Made by a program: the position numbers and the translations under genes. A stretch of 64,000 bases of DNA, from the NCBI GenBank assembly GCA_964016885.1, contig OZ024741.1:313720001-313784000 (forward strand). The letters run 5' to 3'. Under the pieces are notes generated by a model that did not search any database, was not told the origin of the DNA, and saw nothing but the letters and a program-made list of their open reading frames with translations. This stretch comes from Eledone cirrhosa (taxonomy: Eukaryota). Shown here piece by piece: positions 57,387 to 64,000 of the stretch (position 1 is its first letter; each line of letters starts with the position of its first letter).

Positions 57387-59069
57387 GGAGTAAACGGACC
57401 CAGCATATTTATTAATACCAGGACACGTTGTATCTCAGCGTATTCAATGGGAAATGTAAGATACATTCCCAGAGTATACACATAGTTATTCGCTTCAATA
57501 CAATACTCGTAAAACGGGTGCCTATAATAGTTCCAGGACTCGAGTTTCGGCCGCACCTAATGGAGAAGTAAGATGCACTGCACCATCCGTCTGCATATAT
57601 TATGCCACAATGCACAATCGTTTTATGCAGCTTCATTAGTGGGTATCGCCTAATGAATAACATATCGATCGACAGAATCCAAGCGCCAGCCCATGTCGGT
57701 CATGGCTGTTTGTGACAACCGACACGGTAAAGCGATTACTAACTGGAACCCGATACAACTCTGTCCCTCGACTAGCCACTGATTTACAAATTCTACGTGG
57801 TGGCAGAAGAGTAGAAAACCAATATGTTCGTTCCCTCTCAGTCAACGTGTCTCACACACAAGTTATTAAGAGGTGAAAGGATCGTTATTAGAAATAGCAG
57901 TCCACATCGATGTATAATAGAATGGTAGAATTCGGCTCATGTCTCCAACTCACATCGCTAGAGTAAAGCGAGAGTAACAATGGTAGTGCCAAGAACCTTT
58001 AACGGAATTTAAATGCGATTATCTATTATACAGCGATATAGTTGCGAGCTGATATGTGGCAGGCACGTGGGTAAAAACCAGTCTATTTCACAACTTAAAA
58101 GAGTGTGAGATAAAATGAATAGCAGCAAAATAGAGCACATATTAATACAAAAACACAATAAAGAAGTGAAAGATTGTTTAACTTACTCTCATTAGTCCGC
58201 TAGTTGGGAGAGTATATGCCCGTGTAATACTTGATCCGCTGCATATGTCGACCCATCAAATTATGTGGTGTAATCCAGGTTGAGGCCTATATACGCCGGT
58301 TGAGACGGCACCCCAGGTATAAGGCTTTACCATCTCCTCAGCCGTAGATATGCTTGCCGTTGTTTATTTGCATGAAATATAAAACATGAAAATAAACACT
58401 AAATAGTTGTAAAATAAAAATGCATGTGTAGAAAGTACAATTTGCAAAATTTATTTTTCAGTTAACAAAATGCTTTAACTGAACAATTTTATTAGTAAAC
58501 AACATGCTACCACACCGTCACTTGATACGCGGTAAATTTAAAAACCTAAATATTCCTTATCCAATGTGTATCCGCATAACATGGCGATATATTTTTACTT
58601 TCGACCTGTTTTGTTTCGTGGCTAAATTACCGTTGGTTTTCCGATAGTTTAGATAATTCAGTGAATCAGTATACCATTAATATTATAACTATAATATTAA
58701 TGCTAATATTATATATATATATATATGTGTATGTATGTATTATATACAACACATTTTTGCTCACTGAACTCGGGAAAATCATGACAGAAGCTTGTGGAAG
58801 TTACACAAATATTTTCGCATATTTTGCCAGAGCAATCCTCATTTATATTATACACTTTACATTTACTTACATCTCAATATAACATGGCTAAAATTCAAAT
58901 GTTGCAAAGAGAAGAAAACGGACAAATGAACTAGATACATCTCACTGTCCCCCGTCACCACAATAACGTCTACACTCTCTCCCTACCACCACATTTGCTT
59001 TTACACATGTCATTACCCTTGTAGACTAGAGTCACTGACCTGTTCTCAAAATCTCTACTCTGTGTTGAA

Positions 59070-59133
<64 letters not shown>

Positions 59134-59271
59134 CGTGTCGATTCAATTTGGATTGCCTCGGAAACATAACCTTATTATGTAACACGCTGTCTGATGATGT
59201 CACGACACTCGCACACAGAACAGTGTGGCCAGTGTCGTCATTGAAATATATATTACAGCATTATTATTATT

Positions 59272-59648
59272 GGCGGTGGATTCGCAGTACCGGTAGAGGG
59301 TCGGATGCCATGCTTTCCAGCATAGTTACGTCCCTTTACGATCTGAGTTCAAATCCCTCCGAGGTTGACTTTGCCTTTCATCCTTACGGGGTCGATTAAA
59401 TAAAGTACCAGTAATGCACTGGATAATTGCTGGCCTTGTGCCTAAAGTAGAAACAATTATTATTGGCAGTATCGGTAGAGGGTCGGACGCCATGCTTTCC
59501 AGCATAGTTACGTCCCTTTACGATCTAAGTTCAAATCCCGCCGAGGTTGACTTTGCCTTTCATCCTTACGGGGTCTATAAAATAAAGTACCAGTAATGCA
59601 CTGGTTAATTTGCTGGCCTTGTGCCTAAAGTAGAAACAATTATTATTA
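59272..59648 (+). mobile_element. Two tandem tRNA-derived SINE copies (Nin/Deu-like core)
   Basis: B-box-like gagttcaaatcc followed by gaggttgactttgcctttcatccttacggggtcgattaaataaagtaccag. Copies start at 59272 and about 59464, with (att)n tails. Confidence 0.7.
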
Positions 59649-59685
59649 AAGGACTTGAACATCTGAAACTACTTCGCTTTTACTT

Positions 59686-59729
<44 letters not shown>

Positions 59730-60039
59730 GTATGAATGTGTGTGTGTATATATATATACATCACTCAGTCAAACGACCAGATTTCAACCCCAATATCTAC
59801 GACAACACCGGCACTAATGATTACAGCAGCAACAGCTTCAGAATGAAATGAAATGAACAACAACATTTACAACAACAACTAACGATAATAAAAAAAAAAT
59901 AACACACACATAACACATAACGAAATCAACTTCCACCACCACCACTGCCACCATCCACCGCCACCCTCATCCACACCATCACCAACGATTGGGCCTTAAG
60001 AAAGCAACAACTTTGATAATAATAATTTTTCTGCTTTTG

Positions 60040-60152
60040 GCAGGGAGGCAGCGATTGTTCCAGCGCATTGCTGGTGCTCTCTTTTGTTGACTTCGTGGGG
60101 ATGAAAGGCAAGGTTGACCTCGGAGGGACTTCAGCTCGGAGCGTGGAGGGCC
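60040..60152 (-). mobile_element. Degraded SINE of the same core type
   Basis: ggatgaaaggcaaggttgacctcgg is the reverse complement of the core above. Confidence 0.55.
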
Positions 60153-60419
60153 ATAGTTCTAATTATAATAATACTGAACAGTAACACGAACGACTTCAAT
60201 TATACGAACTCTTTCGAAAGTCAACAGTTGACATAATCTTGTATCAGTAATGACGGTAATATATATATATATATGTGTGTGTGTGTGTACGTGAGTAGCA
60301 TGTGTGTTTTTGTTTTCATGCATGAGTGTTGGTGTGTGCGCGCGTATGTATGTGTGCGTGTGCGTGTGTGTATGTCGTACGTATGAGTGTCAATATGTGA
60401 GTGTTTTTGTTTTTATGCG

Positions 60420-63400
60420 CGGGGACATAGAAATAGTCGGGCTGGATACACCATCGCACATTTAAACCACTGGGAATGAAGGACCCCTAGCAGTCAGGGC
60501 ATTCTTCTAGGAGAAAGCAACTCAGGAAACTGGGTTAACTCCGACATAAAACCTGCGGCTCAGTAGTTACCGATGATGTTGATCTTTTCTTCTTATCGGG
60601 TTATAGCTACTGTCGCTCAGAGACTGGGATTGGCTCAGTGCACAGTCTTTCCTCACTTTAAACATATTCTTACCGCACAGGTATTGCACGATTGCATTAA
60701 TTAATAATTATTGATAGTGTGTTATTATTATTATTATTATTATTATTGTTACTACTATTATTACTTTTTATTTTCCCCCAATTAAATGATGTTCCAAAAC
60801 GATATAAACGAGATAGTTGGCATTAAGGGTTGTGGAACAAAAGAGATAATTGGCAATAAGGGCAGGGGCCCCAGGTTATCACAGTCTGGGCCCGCTCGTC
60901 ATCGTGTCACTGTAATAGAGCCAAACAAGGCATGTAGTCTTAACTGCTGAGACGTACGGCCGCTGTTTGACAGGGATTCCTTCGAACATCCTGAACGAAG
61001 GACCGCTCTTGTTGCAAAGGAGCTTCGACGTTACGATCTTGATATAGTAGCTTTATCTGAAACGAGGTTAGCTGGAGATGGTCATCTTACAGAATTTTGT
61101 GGAGAATATAAATTCTTCTGGAAAGGAAGAGATAAAGGAACCAGTAGAGAGGCTGAGGTAGCAATTGCTGTTAACACTACTCTAGTGGATAAATTAGAAG
61201 AATTCCCAGTGGGGATTATTGAGCGTCTTATGTCCATGATAATTTCGCTGGACAAAGGAAGATATGCGACCCTGCTGAGTGTGTATGTTCCAACTATGAA
61301 TTCTGTCGATGTAGAAAACGTGTCCTTTTACCATGCCTTGAAAGGTGTTTTAAGAAATATCCCTCAGGCAGACAAACTCATCGTGCTTGGTGACTTTAAT
61401 GCTAGTGGGTAGGGATGTTAACACATGGAATGTAATCAGAAGGCATGGGGTGAGAAAGTGTAACAACAATGGTATGCAGATGTGTGAGGAGCTGGATCTA
61501 TGTGTTACAAAAAACCATGTTCCAAAAAATGAACAAATTTAAGACTACATGGATGAATCCTGCATCTAAGGAATGGTATCTTTTGGACTACGTCCTGGCC
61601 AGGATGCGTGCCAGACGGGATGTGCAGTGTGTTCGTGTTCTTCGTGGAGTTGAGTGCTGGACGGACCACCGCCTGGTACGCGCACCTGTGAAACTAATCA
61701 ATAAACGTAAAATCCGGGCTCCTGGTGTTACCCTGCCAGAAGATTGACTGCTGCTCGTCTAATGGATAAAAATGTGAAGAGGACATTGCGAGAAGAGATG
61801 CATGTTGCAGATCCGTAAAAGGTCGGTATATATTTTAGGCAGCCATGTTTTGGGATTGGTGCAGAAAAAACATCAAGACTGGTTTAATGAGAATGATGAA
61901 CATATAAAAGACTTGTTGGCTGATAAGAGTCGTGCTCTGTCACGCTATTTGGCAGCAAAACCACAGGAGTAGAATATCTTTCATAAGGAACTCAACGATG
62001 TGAAATCACGTGTTAGGCGGAGTCTTTCTCAAATGAAGGATCAATGGGGAGTGAGACGGCTGATGAGATACAAGCTGCGTCAGATTCCAATAACACAAAG
62101 CTGCTGTACAGTCTCTGCGTGAAGTTTATGGACCGTCTTCTTCTCTGGTAACACCGCTTCGCAGCAAGGATGGGAAAGTACTTCTTCGTGACACACAAGG
62201 AATTCTACGAAGGTGGCGGGAGCATTTTCATGAACTTTTGAATCAGCCGTCTGTCGCCGATGAAGATTTCCTTAATCTCATTCCAGAAAATCCCGTGAAT
62301 GTAGCTCTCGCAGAACCTCCGACGCTTGTGGAGGTTGCAGTAGCTATCTCGAAGCTAAACAGTGGAAGGTCTCCAAGTATGGATGGCATACATGCAGAGC
62401 TCCTACAATATGGTGGTGAGAGACATCTGCAACATCTTCACTATTTGTTTGGCAGGATATGGGCTAATGAATCCGTACCTGATGACTGGAGAGATGCAGA
62501 AATGGTGGTATTGTACAAGGGAAAGGGTAACATGGATGATTGTGGAAACTACAGAGGTATATCATTGCTTTCTGTCGTAGGGAAAGTTTTATGTAGGGTG
62601 CTTCTGGACCGTCTACTGACACACATTTCAGATTGTGTTCTTCCTGAAGGTAAATCTAGTTTTCGTCTGGACGCGGCACTACTGATATGATCTTCTCAGC
62701 TAGACAGCTCCTGTATCAGGTTTTTGTCGATCTGACGAAAGCTTTCGATACGGTTAACAGAAATGCATTATGGAAGGTTCCCCAGAAACTTGGTTGCCCT
62801 GATAAGTTTCTTGCTTTAGTTAGGTATTTCCATGACGACATGAAGGCTTTGGTTATTGTCAGAGGTAACATGTCGGAGCCTATCGCAGTAAAATATGGAG
62901 TGAAACTGGAGGCTATTCCAGCACCGACCCTGTTTGCCATATACTTTGCAATGGTTTTCTGTAGTGCATTCAGGAATTGCGAGCATGGTGTTTACATCCA
63001 ATATCGAACAGCGGGCAGCATATTTAACATAAGGCGCTTTGCTGCAAAAACAAAAGTATTTACATCAATCATAAGAGACCTCTTGTATGCAGATGATTGC
63101 GATCTTGTAGCGCACACAGAGAGTGATATGCAGCACATTTTGAATGCATTTTCTGATGCTTGCACTGCCCTAGGATTGACTTCAGTCTCAAGAAAACCGT
63201 CGTCATGAACCAACCTGCCCCAGGTAGGCAATACAGTGAACCAAATATCTATGTGCATAGTAAACGACTTGGAGTGGTTGATCAGTTTGTCTACCTGGGA
63301 AGCACTGTCAATCAATACAGCAACCTTGATAATGAAAACCCACTCAGGATTAGGAAAACAAGTGATGCTTTCGGAAAGCTAGAAAGGCGACTCTGGGGTT

Positions 63401-64000
63401 GGCGAGACATATGCAAGAAGACAAAGGTAAAGGTGTACAAGACATGTGTGCTCTCTTCTCATCTTTATGCCTGCGAAACCTAGGTCACATATCGACACCA
63501 CCTTAAGCAATAGGAGCGTTTCCATCAGATGTTTCTCAGACGGATCCATGGCGTTCACTGGAGGGACCACATCAGTGATTTCGAGATTTTGGAAAGACAT
63601 CTGTGTGACAGTATAGAGGCTCTTGTGTTTAAGCAAAGACTCCGTTGGAGTGGTCACCTTGCCAGGATGAGGGATTCTAGAATACCAACACAACTCTTTT
63701 ATGGAGAGTTAGTTAAAGGAAAACGACCTCCACATAAACCAAAAAAGGGGTATAAGGATTCATTGAAAGCCTCTTTGAAAGACGCTAACATTATGTCAGG
63801 AAGGGCATTACTGTTTCAATTCGAGACGGCGGAGGTACTCCTATGGCGCTGACATGCAGCGTCTGTGCAAGACTCTGCCTAAGCAAAGCTGGACTCGAAA
63901 TTCATCTTCACAGTCATAAAATGAGACCAGTGGTTGACTACCAGGCTGATGTTGGAGATGCTACTCATCATGCTTGCCAAGTATGTGGTTGAGAATGTAA
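60420..64000 (+). mobile_element. Degenerate RTE/BovB-clade LINE with APE endonuclease and RT
   Basis: DIVALSETR, SVYVPT, LGDFNA, LDYVL and TDHRLV (endonuclease). NYRGISLL, FVDLTKAFD, LLYADD and RLRWSGHL (RT). Multiple stops and frameshifts. Confidence 0.85.

Noticed and set aside
57386-58215. Unique insert of about 830 bp interrupting the last unit
   Set aside because: No TIR, TSD or protein motif that I could identify, so it is left unclassified.

Overview
Eukaryotic, AT-rich and microsatellite-dense DNA. An octopod or other cephalopod origin is inferred from the repeat content and is not proven. The window is the middle of a + strand gene built from 12 tandemly duplicated 135-nt phase-1 exons, each encoding one 8-Cys EGF-like (MEGF10/SREC/Draper-type) repeat. 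Eight exons keep AG/GT splice sites and four are splice-dead or frameshifted. The exons and their introns form a higher-order duplication. The introns hold Penelope-like retroelements (one nearly intact), RTE/LINE fragments, non-autonomous Helitrons, a roughly 36-copy tandem mini-MITE array, SINEs and long TA/CA tracts. The strongest signal is a very young 485-bp tandem array with an inverted tail (7714-10307). Every monomer carries a complete type I hammerhead ribozyme, which fits a retrozyme-like, circular-RNA-propagated element. Other hammerhead motifs lie in palindromic inserts, some in the sense orientation of the host pre-mRNA. All calls were made by eye, with no database search or folding run.
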